A DNA stretch of 64,000 bases from the human T2T-CHM13v2.0 reference genome, Homo sapiens (GCF_009914755.1 NC_060933.1), one strand, 5' to 3'. Shown: positions 26,101 through 40,500, numbered from the stretch's first letter. The notes: a model not told the origin generated them from the letters alone. Numbers and translations: made by a program.

Positions 26101-29100
26101 CGCGTTGATTCCATTCCATTCCATTCCATTCCATTCCATTCCATTCCTTTCCGTTCCATTCCATTCCATTCCATTCCATTCAATTCTGTTCCGTTCCATT
26201 CCATTCCATTCCATTCTATTCGGGTTAATTCCATTCCATTCCATTCGATTACAATCGAGTTGATTCCATTCCATTCCATTCCATTCCATTCCATTCCATT
26301 CCATTCCTTTCCATTCCATTACGTATGATTCCATTCCATTGCATTCCATTCCATTCCATTCCCCTGCACTCGGGTTGATTCCATTCCATTCCACTCCTTT
26401 CTTTCCGTTCCATTCCATTCCATTCCATTCCTTTCTATTCGTGTTAATTCCATTCCATTATATTCCATTCCATTCCATTGAAATCGAGTTGATTCCATTC
26501 CATTCCATTCCATTCCATTCCATTCCATTCCATTCCATTCCGGATGATTCCATTCCATCGCATTCCATTCGATTCCATTCCCCTGCACTCGGGTTGATTC
26601 CATTCCATTCCATTACATTCCGTTCCACTCCATTCCATTCCATTCTATTCGGGTTAATTCCATTCCATTCCATTCCATTGCATTCCATTCCATTCCATTC
26701 CATTGCAATAGAGTTGATTCCATTCCATTCCATTCCATTCCATTCCATTCCAATCGATTTGATTCCATTCCATTCCATTCCATTCCACTCCATTCCAGTC
26801 CTTTCCATTCCATTCCACTCGGGTTGATTCCATTCTATTCCTTTCCATTCCATTCCATTCCATTGCAATCGAGTTGATTCCTTTCGAGTTGAATCCATTC
26901 CATTCCGTTCCATTCCATTACGTTGCACACGGGTTCATTCCATTCCATTCCATTCCATTCCATTTCATTCCATTCCATTCTATTCCGTACCATTCCATTC
27001 CATCCCATTCCATTCCATTCCATTCCATGCCATTACACTCGGGTTGATTCCATTCCTTTCCATTCCATTCTTTTTTAATCCATTCCATTCCATTCTATTC
27101 GATTCCATTCCTTTGCACTCGGGTTGATTCCATTCCATTCCATTCCATTCGATTTCATTCCATTGTATTCCATTACATTCGGATTGATTCTATTCAATTC
27201 CCTTACACTCCATTACATTCCATTCCATTCGGGATGTTTCCATTCCATTCCATTCCATTCCACTCCATTCCATTGCATCGGGTTGATTCCATTCCATTCC
27301 ACTCCATTCCATTCCATTCCATTCCATTCCATTCCATTCGATTCCGGATGATTCCATTCCATTGCATTCCATTCCATTCCATTCCCCTGCACTCGGGTTG
27401 ATTACATTCCATTCCCTCCCCTTCCATTCCTTTCCATTCCATTCCATTCCATTCTATTCGGGTGAATTCCATTCCATTCCATTCCATTCCATTCCATTCC
27501 ATTTCATTCCATTCCATTCCATTGCAATCGAGTTGATTCCATTCCATTCCATTCCATTCCGTTCCAGATGATTCCATTTCATTGCATTCCATTCCATTCC
27601 ATTCCCCTGCACTCGGGTTGATTCCTTTCCATTCCATTCCATTCCATTCTATTCGGGTTAATTCCATTCCATTCCATTCCATTCCATTCCAATCGAGTTG
27701 ATTCCATTCCATTCCATTCCATTCCACTCCATTCCAGTCCTTTCCATTCCATTCCACTCGGGTTGATTCCATTCTATTCCTTTCCATTCCATTCCATTGC
27801 AATCGAGTTGATTCCATTGCATTGCATTCCATTCCATTCCATTCCATTCCGGATGATTCCATTCCATTGCATTCCATTCCATTCCATTCCCCTGCACTCG
27901 GGTTGATTCCATTCCATTCCCCTCCATTCCGTTCCATTGCATTCCATTCCATTGTATTCGGGTTAATTCCATTCCATTCCATTCCATTCCATTCCATTCC
28001 ATTCCATTACAATCGAGTTGATTCCATTCCATTCCATTCCATTCCATTCCATTCCATTCCATTCCTTTGCATTCCATTCCACTCGGGTTGATTCCATTCT
28101 ATTAGTTTCCATTCCATTCCATTCCCTTCCATTCCACTCTGGTTGATTCCACTCCTTTCCATTCCACTCGAATACATTCCCTCCTAATCCACTCGGAACA
28201 ATTCCATTCCATTCCATTCCATTCCATTCCATTCCATTTCGTTCCATTCCATTCTATTCCGTACCATTCCATTCCATTCCATTCCATTCCATTCCATTCC
28301 ATTCCATTCCATTCCACTCGTGTTGATTCCATTCCTTTCCATTCCATTCGGTTTGAAGCCATTCCATTCAATTCCATTCCATTCCATTCCATTCCATTCC
28401 ATTTCATTCCATTGTACTCGGGTTGATTCCATTCCATTGCATTCCATTCCATTCCATTCAATTCCATTCCGTTCCATTCCATTCCATTACATTCGGATTG
28501 ATTTTATTCAACTGCCTTACTTTCAGTTACATTCCATTCCATTCGGATTGATTGTATTCAACTCCCTTACTCTCCATTACATTCCATTCCATTTGGGTTG
28601 TTCCATTCCATTCCATTCCATTCCACTCCATTCCATTCCATTCTATTCGGATTAATTCCATTCCATTCCATTCCATTCCATTCTATTCCATTCCATTGCA
28701 ATCGAGTTGAATCCATTGCATTTCCTTCCATTCCATTCCATTCCATTCCATTCCAGAAGATTCCATTCCATTGCATTCCATTCCATTCCATTCCCCTGCA
28801 CTCGCGTTGATTCCATTCCATTGCAATCCATTCCATTCCACTCCGTTCCGTTCCGTTCCATTCCATTCCATTCCATTCCGTTCCGTTCCGTTCCATTCCA
28901 TTCCATTCCATTCTATTCGGGTTAATTCCATTCCATTCCATTCGATTGCAATCGAGTTGATTCCATTCCATTCCATTCCATTCCATTCCTTTCCATTCCA
29001 TTACGGATGATTCCATTCCATTGCATTCCATTCCATTCCATTCCCGTGTACTCGGGTTGATTCCCTTCCATTCCATTCCAATCCATGCCATTCCACTCGT

Positions 29101-29830
29101 GTTGATTCCATTCTTTCCATTCCATTCAAGTTGAATCCATTCCATTGCATTCCATTCCATTCGATTCCATTCGATTGCACTCGGGTTGATTCCATTCCAT
29201 TGCATTCCATTCCATTCCATTCCATTCCATTCCATTCCATTACATTCGTATTGATTCTATTCAATTCCCTTACACTCCATTACATTCCATTCCATTCGGG
29301 TAGTTTCCATTCCATTCCATTCCATTCCTCTCCATTCCATTGCACTCGGGTTGATTCCATTCCATTGCATTCCATTCCATTCCATTCCTTTCCATTCCAT
29401 TCCTTTACATTCGGATTGATTCTATTCAACTCCCTTACTCTCCATTACATTCCATTCCATTTGGGTTGTTCCATTCCATTCCATTCCATTCCACTCCATT
29501 CCATTGCACTCGGGTTGATTCCATTCCATTCCATTCCATTCCATTCCATTCCATTCCGGAAGATTCCATTCCATTGCATTCCATTCCATTCCATTCCCCT
29601 GCACTCGCGTTCATTCCATTCCATTCCATTCTATTCCATTCCATTCCCTTCCTTTCCGTTCCATTCCATTCCATTCCATTCCATTCCATTCCATTCCATT
29701 CCGTTCCGTTCCATTCCATTCCATTCCATTCTATTCGGGTTAATTCCATTCCATTCCATTCGATTGCAATCGAGTTGATTCCATTCCATTCCATTCCATT
29801 CCATTCCATTCCATTCCTTTCCATTCCATT

Positions 29831-29835
29831 ACGGA
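29831..29835. other. Inversion breakpoint (strand switch) with 5-bp microhomology ACGGA
   Basis: Junction reads ...CCTTTCCATTCCATT-ACGGA-ATGGAATGG... The left word normally continues TTACGGA|TGATTCC (e.g. 327-340, 29001-29014). The right arm normally reads GGA|ACGGAATGG. ACGGA can belong to either arm. Confidence 0.93.
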
Positions 29836-32800
29836 ATGGAATGGAATGGAATGGTATGGAATGGAATGGAATGGTACGGAATAGAATGGAATGGAACGAA
29901 TTGTAATGGAATGGAATTGAATGGAATGGAATAGAATCAACGCGAGTGCAGGGGAATGTAATGGAACGGAATGCAATGGAATGGAATCATCCGGAATGGA
30001 ATGGAATGGAATGGAATGGAATGGAATGGAATGGAATCAACCCGAGTGCAATGGAATGGAGTGGAATGGAATGGAATGGAATGGAACAACCCGAATGGAG
30101 TGGAATGTAATGGAGAGTAAGGGAGTTGAATAGAATCAATCCGAATGTAATGGAATGGAATGCAACGGAATGGAATGGAATGGAATGGAATGGAAAGCAA
30201 TGGAATTGAATCAACCCGTGTACAATGGAATGGAATGGAATGGAATTTAATGGAATGGAATGGAATGATACGGAATAGAATGGAATGGAACGAAATGGAA
30301 TGGAATGGAATGGAATGGAATGGAATGGAATGGAATGAAATGGAATCGTTCCGAGTGGAATAGGAGGGAATGTGTTCGAGTGGAATGGAAAGGAATGGTA
30401 TCAACCAGAGTGGAATGGAAGGGAATGGAATGGAATGGAAACTAATAGAATGGAATCAACCCGAGGGGAATGGAATGGAAAGGACTGGAATGGAATGGAA
30501 TGGAATGGAATCAACTCGATTGTAATGGAATGGAATGGAATGGAATGGAATTAACCCGAATACAATGGAATGGAATGGAATGGAACGGAATGGAGTGGAA
30601 TGGAATGGAATCAACCCGAGTGCAGGGGAATGGAATGGAATGGAATGCAATGGAATGGAATCATCCGGAATGGAATGGAATGAAATTGAATGCAAAGCAA
30701 TGGAATCAACTCGATTGCAATGGAATGGAATGGAATGGAAAGGAATACATTGGAATCAACGCGAGTGGAATGGAATGGAAAGGACTGGAATGGAGTGGAA
30801 TGGAATGGAATGGAATGGAATGGAATGGAGTCAACTCGATTGGAATGGAATGGAATGGAATGGAATGGAATTAACCCGAATAGAATGGAATGGAATGGAA
30901 TGGAACGGAACGGAATGGAATGGAATGGAATGGAATCAACCCGACTGCAGGGTAATTTAATGGAATGGAATGCAATGGAATGGATTCAACTTGAATGGAA
31001 TGGAAAGAATGGAATCAACACGAGTGGAATGGCATGGATTGGAATGGAATGGAATGGAATCAACCCGAGTACAGGGGAATGGAATGGAATGGAATGCAAT
31101 GGAATGGAATCATCCGTAATGGAATGGAAAGGAATGGAATGGAATGGAATAGAATGGAATGGAATCAACTCGATTGCAATCGAATGGAATGGAATGGAAT
31201 TAACCCGAATAGAATGGAATGGAATGGAATGGAACGGAACGGAACGGAATGGAATGGATTGGAATGGAATGGAATGGAATGGAATGGAACGGAACGGAAC
31301 GGAATGGATGGAATGGAATGGAATGGAATGGAATGGAATGAACGCGAGTGCAGGGGAATGGAATGGAATGGAATGCAATGGAATGGAATCTTCCGGAATG
31401 GAATGGAATGGAATGGAATGGAATGGAATGAAATGCAATTGATTCAACTCGATTGCAATGGAATGGAATAGAATGGAATGGAATGGAACGGAATGGAATG
31501 GAATTAACCCGAATAGAATGGAATGGAATGGAATGGAACGGAATGGAACGGAATGGAATGGAATGGAATGGAATGGAATGGTACGGAATAGAATGGAATG
31601 GAACGAATTGTACTGGAATGCAATTGAATGGAATGGAATGGAATGGAATGGAATCAACGCGAGTGCAGGGGAATGTAATGGAACGGAATGCAATGGAATG
31701 GAATCATCCGGAATGGAATGGAATGGAATGGAATGGAATGGAATCAACCCGAGTGCAATGGAATGGAGTGGAATGGAATGGAATGGAATGGAACAACCCA
31801 AATGGAATGGAACGTAATGGAGAGTAAGGGAGTTCAATAGAATCAATCCGAATGTAATGGAATGGAAAGCAACGGAATGGAATAGAATGGAATGGAATGG
31901 AATGGAATGGAATGCAATGGAATGGAATCAACCCGAGTACAATGGAATGGAATGGAATGGAATGGAATGGAATGGAATGGAATGCCTTCAAACCGAATGG
32001 AATGGAAAGGAATGGAATCAACACGAGTGGAATGGAATGGAATGGAATGGAATGGAATGGAATGGAATGATACGGAATAGAATGGAATGGAACGAAATGG
32101 AATGGAATGGAATGGAATGGAATGGAATGGAATGGAATGGAATCGTTCCGAGTGGAATAGGTGGGAATGTATTCGAGTGGAAAGGAAAGGAATGGAATCA
32201 ACCAGAGTGGAATGGAAGGGAGTGGAATGGAATGGAAACTAATAGAATGGAATCAACCCGAGTGGAATGGAATGGAAAAGACTGGAATGGAAAGGAATGG
32301 AATGGAATGGAATGGAATCAACGCGAGTGCAGGGGAATGGAATGGAATGGAATGGAATGGAATGGAATGGAATGGAATCAACGCGAGTGCAGGGGAATGT
32401 AATGGAACGGAATGCAATGGAATGGAATCATCCGGAATGGAATGGAATGGAATGGAATGGAATCACCCCGAGTGCAATGGAATGGAGTGGAATGGAATGG
32501 AATGGAATGGAACAACCCGACTGGAATGGAATGTAATGGAGAGTAAGGGAGTTGAAAAGAATCAATCCGAATGTAATGGAATGGAATGGAACGGAATGGA
32601 ATGGAATGGAATGGAATGGAATGGAATGCAATGGAATGGAATCAACCCGAGTACAATGGAATGGAATGGAATGGAATGGAATGGAATGGAATGGAATGGA
32701 ATGGAATGCAATGGAATGGAATCTTCCGGAATGGAATGGAATGGAATGGAATGGAATGCAATGGATTCAACTCGATTGCAATGGAATGGAATAGAATGGA

Positions 32801-35800
32801 ATGGAATGGAATGGAATGGAATGGAATTAAACCGAATAGAATGGAATGGAATGGAATGGAAAGGAACGGAACGGAACGGAACCGAACGGAGTGGAATGGA
32901 ATGGAATGGAATTGTATGGAATGGAATGGAATGGTACGGAATAGAATGGAATGGAAAGAATTGGAATGGAATGGAATCGAATGGAATGGAATGGAATGGA
33001 ATGGAATCAACCCGAGTGCAGGGGAATGTAATGGAACGGAATGCAATGGAATGGAATCATCCGCAATGGAATGGAATGGAATGGAATGGAATGGTCTCAA
33101 TCCGAGTGCAATGGAATGGAGTTGAATGGAATGGAATGGAACGGAACAACCCGAATGGAGTGGAATGTAATGGAGAGTAAGGGAGTTGAATAGAATCAAT
33201 CCGAATGTAATGGAATGGAATGGAATGGAATGGAATTGAATGGAATGGAATGGAATGCAATGGAATGGAATCAACCCGAGTGCAATGGAATGGAGAGGAA
33301 TGGAATGGAATGGAATGGAATGGTATGGAATGGAATGGAATCAACACGATTGCAATGGAATGGAATGGAATGGAATTAACACGAATAGAATGGAATGGAA
33401 TGGAACGGAACGGAACGGAATGGAATGGAATGGAATGGAATGGAATGGAATGGAATGGAACGGAACGGAATGGAATGGAATGGAATGGAATGGAATCAAC
33501 GCGAGTGCAGGGGAATGGAATGGAATGGAAAGCAATGGAATGGAATCTTCCGGAATGGAATGGAATGGAATGGAATGGAATGAAATGCAATGGATTCAAC
33601 TCGATTGCAATGGAATGTAATAGAATGGGATGGAATGGAATGGAATGGAATTAACCCGAATAGAATGGAATGGAATGGAATGGAATGGAATGGAACGGAA
33701 TGGAAAGGAATGGAATGGAATGGAATGGAATGGAATGGAATGGTATGGACTGGAATGGAATGGTACGGAATAGAATGGAATGGAACGAATTGTAATGGAA
33801 TGGAATTGAATGGAATGGAATGGAATGGAATGGAATGGAATCAACGCGAGTGCAGGGGAATGTAATGGAACGGAATGCAATGGAATGGAATCATCTGGAA
33901 TAGAATGGAACGGCATGGAATGGAACGGAATCAACCCGAGTGCAATGGAATGGAGTGGAATGGCATGGAATGGAATGGAACAACCCGAATGGAATGGAAT
34001 GTAATGGAGAGTAAGGGAGTTGAATAGAATCAATCCGAATGTAATGGAATGGAATGCAACGGAATGGAATGGAATGGAATGCAATGGAATGGAATGGAAT
34101 GGAATCCAAAGGAATGGAATCAACCCGAGTGGAATGGCATGGAATGGAATGCAATGGATTGGAATGGAATGGAATCAACTCGAGTGGAAAGGAATGGAAT
34201 GGAATGGTAAGGAGTGGAATGAAGTCAACTCGAGTGGAATGGAATGGAATGGAATGGATTGGAATGGATTGCAATGGAATGAAATGGAATGGAATGGAAT
34301 GGAATCAATCATTCCGAGTGGAATGGAAGGGAATGTAATGGAGTGGAAAGAAGGGAATGGAATCAACCCGAGTGGAATGCAAGGCAATTGAATGGAATGG
34401 AAAGGAATGGAATGGAATCAACACGATTGCAGTGGAATGGAATGGAATGGAATGGAATGGAATGGAATGGAATTAACCGGAATAGAATGGAATGGAATGG
34501 AATGGAAGGGAATGGAATGAACACGAGTGCAGGGGAATGGAATGGAATGGAATGCAATGGAATGGAATCATCCGCAATGGAATGGAATGGAATGGAATCA
34601 ACTCCATTGCAATGGAATGGAATGGAATGGAATGGAATAGAATGGAATGGAATTAACCCGAATAGAATGGAAAGCAATAGAATGGAATGCAACGGAACCG
34701 AATAGAGTGGAATGGAATGGAATGGAATCAACCCGAGTACAGGGGAATGGAATGGAATGGAATGCAATGGAATGGAGTCATCCGTAATGGAATGGAAAGG
34801 AATGGAATGGAATGGAATGGAATGGAATGGAATGGAATGGAGTCAACTCGATGGCAATCGAATGGAATGGAATGGAATTAACCAGAATAGAATGGAATGG
34901 AATGGAATGGAACGGAACGGAATGGAATGGAATGGAATGGAATGGAATGGAACGGAACGGAATGGAATGGAATGTAATGGAATGGAATCAAAGCGAGTGC
35001 AGGGGAATGGAATGGAATGGAATGTAATGGAATGGAATCATCCGGAATGGAATGGAATGGAATGGAATGCAATGAAAGGCAATGGATTCAACTCGATTGC
35101 AATGGAATGGAATAGAATGGAATGGAATGGAATGGAATGGAATTGAATGGAAAGGAATGCCTTCAAACCGAATGGAATGGAAAGGAATGGAATCAACACG
35201 AGTGGAAAGGAATGGAATGGAAAGGAATGGAATGGAATGGTACGGAATAGAATGGAATGGAACGAACTGGAATGGAATGGAATGGAATGTAATGGAATGG
35301 AATGGAAAGGAATCGTTCCGAGTGGAATAGGAGGGAATGTATTCGAGTGGAATGGAAAGGAATGGAATCAACCAGAGTGGAATGGAAGGGAATGGAATGG
35401 AAAGGAAACTAATAGAATGGAATCAACCCGAGTGGAATGGAATGGAAAGGACTGGAATGGAATGGAATGGAATGGAATGGAATGGAATGGAATCAACTCG
35501 ATTGTAATAGAATGGAATGGAATGGAATGGAATGGAATGAAATGGAATTAACCCGAATACAATGGAATGGAATGGAATGGAACGGAATGGAGTGGAATGG
35601 AATGGAATCAACCCGAGTGCAGGGGAATGGAATGGAATGGAATGCAATGGAATGGAATCATCCGGAATGGAATGGAATGGAATGGAATGCAAAGCAATGG
35701 AATCAACTCGATTGCAATGGAATGGAATGGAATGGAAAGGAATAGAATGGAATCAACCCGAGTGTAATGGAATGGAAAGGACTGGAATGGAGTGGAATGG

Positions 35801-37357
35801 AATGGAATGGATTGGAATGGAATCAACTCGATTGGAATGGAATGGAATGGAATGGAATGGAATGGAATGGAATGGAATTAACCCGAATAGAATTTAAAGG
35901 AATGGAATGGAACGGAATGGAATGGAATGGAATGGAATGTAATGGACTGGAATCATCCGGAACGGAATAGAATGGAATGGAATGCAATCAACTCGACTGC
36001 AATGTAATGGAATGGAATGGAATGGAATCGAATGGAATGGAATGGAATTAACCGGAATAGAATGGAATGGAATGGAATGGAACGGAATGGAATGGAATGG
36101 AATGGAATGGAATGGAATGGCATCAACCCGAGTGCAGGGGAATGGAATGGAATCGAATGCAATGGAATGGAATCATCCGGAATGGAATGGAAGCGAATGG
36201 AATGCAATCAACCTGATGAAATGGAATGGAGTGGAATGGAATGGAATGGAATGGAAATATCCCGAATGGAATGAAATGTAATGGAGTGTAAGGGAATTGA
36301 ATAGAATCAATCCGAATGTAACGGAATGGAATGGAATGAAATAGAATGGAATGGAATGGAATGGAATCAACCCGAGGGCAATGGAATGGATTCGAATGGA
36401 ATGGAATGGAATGGAATGGATTCAACAAGAATGGAATGGAAAGGAATGGAATCAACCCGAGTGTAATGGCATGGAATGGAACGGAATGGAATGGGATGGA
36501 ATGGAATGGTACGGAATAGAATGGAATGGAATGAAATGGAATGGAATGGAATGGAATGGAATGGAATGGAATGGAATGGAATGGAATGAAGCCTTGTGCA
36601 ATGGAATGGAATGGAGTGGAATGGAATGGATTCAACTCGAATGGAATCCACTCGATTGCAATGGAATGGAATGGAATTGAAAGGAATAGAATGGAATCAA
36701 CCCGAGTGGAATGGAATGGAAAGGACTGGAATGGAGTGGAATGGAATGGAATGGAATTAACCCGAATAGAATGAAATGGAACGGAATGGAATGGAATGTA
36801 ATGGAATGGAATGGAATGGAATCAACCCGAGTGCAGGGGAATGGAATGGAATGGAATGCAATGGAATGGAATCATCCGGAATGGAATGGAATGGAATGGA
36901 ATGGAATGGAATGGAATGGAATTGAATGGAATGGAATCAACTCGATTTCAATGGAATGGAATGGAATAGAATGGAACGGAATTAACACGAATAGAATGGA
37001 ATGGAATGGAATGGAATGGAACAGAAAGGAATGGAATGGAATGGAATGGAATCAACCCAAGTGCAGGGGAATGGAGTGGAATGGAATTCAATGGAATGGA
37101 ATCATCCGGAATGGAATGGAATGGAATGGAATGGAATGGAATGGAATGGAATGGAATGGAATCAACCTGAGTGCAATGGAATGGAGAGGAATGGAATGGA
37201 ATGTTATGGAAACTACACGAATGGAATGGAATGTATTGGAGTGTACGGGAATTGAATAGAATGAATCCGAATGGAATGGAATGGAATGGAATGGAAAGGA
37301 ATGGAATGGAATGGAATGGAATGGAATGGAATGGAATGGAATGCAATGCCATAGAAT

Positions 37358-37500
37358 CAACCCGAGTGCAATCGAATGGAATCGAATGGAATGGAATGCA
37401 ATGGAATGGATTCAACTTGAATGGAATGGAAAGAATGGAATCAACACGAGTGGAATGGCATGGATTGGAATGGAATGGAATGGAATCAACCCGAGTACAG
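37358..37500 (+). repeat. pHuR98-like SatIII unit, suggesting the chromosome 9q12 HSat3 (B5) array
   Basis: CAACCCGAGTGCAATCGAATGGAATCG...GGATTCAACTTGAATGGAATGGAAAGAATGGAATCAACACGAGTGGAATGGCATGGATTGG...CAACCCGAGTACAG matches my recollection of the chr9 SatIII probe. It recurs near 41.27k, 54.0k, 55.4k, 59.4k, 62.5k and 63.6k, and inverted near 7.5k, 15.3k, 25.1k and 29.05k. Not database-verified. Confidence 0.75.
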
Positions 37501-40500
37501 AGGAATGGAATGGAATGGAATGAAATGGAATGGAATCATCCATAATGTAATGGAAAGGAATGGAATGGAATGGAATGGAATGGAATGGAATGGAATGGAA
37601 TGGAATCAACTCGATTGCAATTGAATGGAATGGAATGGAATTAACCCGAATAGAATGGAATGGAATGGAATGGAATGGAACGGAACGGAATGGAAAGGAA
37701 TGGAATGGAATGGAACGGATCGGAATGGAATGGAATGGAATGGAATGGAATGGAATGGAATGGAATCAACGCGAGTGCAGGGGAATGGAATGGAATGGAA
37801 TGCAATGGAATGGAAACTTGCGGAATGGAACGGAATGGAATGGAATAGAAGGGAATGGAATGGAATGGAATGGAATCAACCCGAGTACAGGGGAATGGAA
37901 TGGAATGGAATGCAATGGAATCGAATCATCCGTAACGGAATGGAAAGGAATGGAATGGAATGGAATAGAGTGGAATGGAATGGAAAGAAATGGAATGGAA
38001 TCAACTCGATTGCAATCGAATGGAATGGAATGGAATTAACCCGAATAGAATGGAATGGAATGGAATGGAACGGAAGGGAACGGAATGTAATTGAATGGAA
38101 TGGATTGGAATGGAATGGAACGGAAAGGAATGGAATGGAATGGAATGGAATGGAATGGAATGGAATCAACGCGAGTGCAGGGGAATGGAATGGAATGGAA
38201 TGCAATGGAATGGAATCTTCCGGAATGGAATGGAATGGAATGGAATGGAATGGAATGGAATGGAATGGAATAAACCCGAGTGCAATGGAATGGAGTGGAA
38301 TGGAATGGAATGGAATGGAACAACCCGAATGGAATGGAATGTAATGGAGAGTAAGGGAGTTGAATAGAATCAATCCGAATGTAATGGAATGGAATGGAAC
38401 GGAATGGAATTGAATGGAATGGAATGGAATGCAATGGAATGGAATCAACCCGAGTGCAATGGAATGGAGAGGAATGGAATGGAATGGAATGGAAAATACC
38501 CGAATGGAATGGAATGTAATGGAGTGTAAGGGAATTGAATAGAATCAATCCGAATGTAAAGGAATGGAATGGAACGGAATGGAATGGAATGGAATGGAAT
38601 GGAATGGAATGGAATGGAATGGAATCAACCCGAGTGCAATCGAATGGAATCGAATGGAATGGAATGCAATGGAATGCATTCAACTTGAATGGAATGGAAT
38701 GAATGGAATCAACACGAGTGGAAGGGCATGGATTGGAATGCAATGGAATGGATTCAAACCGAGTACAGGGGAATGGAATGGAATGGAATGCAATGGAATG
38801 GAATCATCCGTAATGGAATGGAAAGGAATGGAATGGAAGGGAATGGAATGGAATGGAAACTAATAGAATGGAATCAACCCGAGTGGAATGGAATGGAAAG
38901 GACTAGAATGGAATGGAATGGAATGGAATGGAATCATCTCGATTTTAATGGAATGGAATGGAATGGAATGGAATGGAATGGAATGGAATGGAATGCAATG
39001 GAATGGAATGGAATGGAATGGAATGGAATTAACCCGAATACAATGGAATGGAATGGAATGGAACGGAATGGAGTGGAATGGAATGGAATCAACCCGAGTG
39101 CAGGGTAATGGAATGCAATGGAATGCAATGGAAAGGAATCATCCGGAATGGAATGGAATGGAATGGAATGCAAAGAAATGGAATCAACTCGATTGCAATG
39201 GAATCGAATGGAATGGAAAGGAATAGAATGGAATCAACCCGAGTGGAATGGAATAGAAAGGCCTGGAATTGAGTGAAATGGAATGGAATGGAATGGAATG
39301 CAATCAACTCGATTGGAATGGAATGGAATGGAATTAACCCGAATAGAATGTAATGGAATGGAATGGAACGGAATGGAATGGAATGGAATGGAATGGAATG
39401 GAATGGAATGGAATCAACCCGACTGCAGGGGAATTGAATGGAATGGAATGCAATGGAATGGAATCATCCGGAACGGAATGGAATGGAATGGAATGGAATC
39501 AACTCGATTGCAATGGAATGGAATGGAATGGAATGGAATGGAATGGAATGGAATGGAATTAATCCGAATAGAATGGAATCAACGCGAGTGGAATGGAATG
39601 GAAAGGTCTGGAATTGAGGGGAATGGAATGGAATGGAATGGGATGGAATCAACTCGATTGGAATGGAATGGAATGGAATGGAATGGAATGGAATGGAATT
39701 AACCCGAATAGAATTGAATGGAATGGAATGGAACGGAACGGAACGGAATGGAATGGAATGGAATGGAATGGAATGGAATCAACCCGACTGCAGGGGAAAG
39801 GAATGGAATGGAATGGAATGGAATGGAATCATCCGGAACGGAATGGAATGGAATGGAATGGAATAAACTCGATTGCAATGGAATGGAATGGAATGGAATG
39901 GAATCGAATGGAATGGAATGGAATTAACCCGAATAGAATGGAATGGAATGGAATGGAAAGGAATGGAAGGGAATGGAATGGAATGTAATCAACCCGAGTG
40001 CAGGGGAATGGAATAGAATGGAATGCAATGGAATGGAATCATCCGGAATGGAATGGAATGGAATGGAATGCAATCAAACTGATGCAATGGAATGGAGTGG
40101 AATGGAATGGAATGGAATGGAAACATCCCGAATGGAATGGAATGTAATGGAGTGTAAGGGAATTGAATACATTCAATCCGAATGTAATGGAATGGAATGG
40201 GATGAAATGGAATTGAATGGAATGGAATGGAATCAACCCGAGTGCAATGGAATGGATTCGAATAGAATGGAATGGAATGGAATGGATTCAACAAGAATGG
40301 AATGGAAAGGAATGGAATCAACCCGAGTGTAATGGCATGGAATGGAACGGAATGGAATGGGATGGAATGGAATGGTACGGATTAGAATGGAATGGAATGA
40401 AATGGAATGGAATGGAATGGAATGGAATGGAATGGAATGGAATGAACCCGTGTGCAATGGAATGGAATGGAATGGAATGGAATGGATTCAACTCGAATGG

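Larger units (their letters stand above)
1..29835 (+). repeat. Human satellite III (HSat3) array, C-rich (CATTC)n orientation on the + strand
   Basis: Continuous CATTC pentamer backbone with recurring HSat3 words (CTCGGGTTGATT, CTATTCGGGTTAATT, GCAATCGAGTTGATT, CCCCTGCACTCG, CCGGATGATT). No unique sequence seen. Confidence 0.98.

Noticed and set aside
27061-27085. T-run CTTTTTTAATC as a retroelement tail or terminator
   Set aside because: It is the word CTTGTTGAATC with two G>T substitutions, and there is no inserted sequence.
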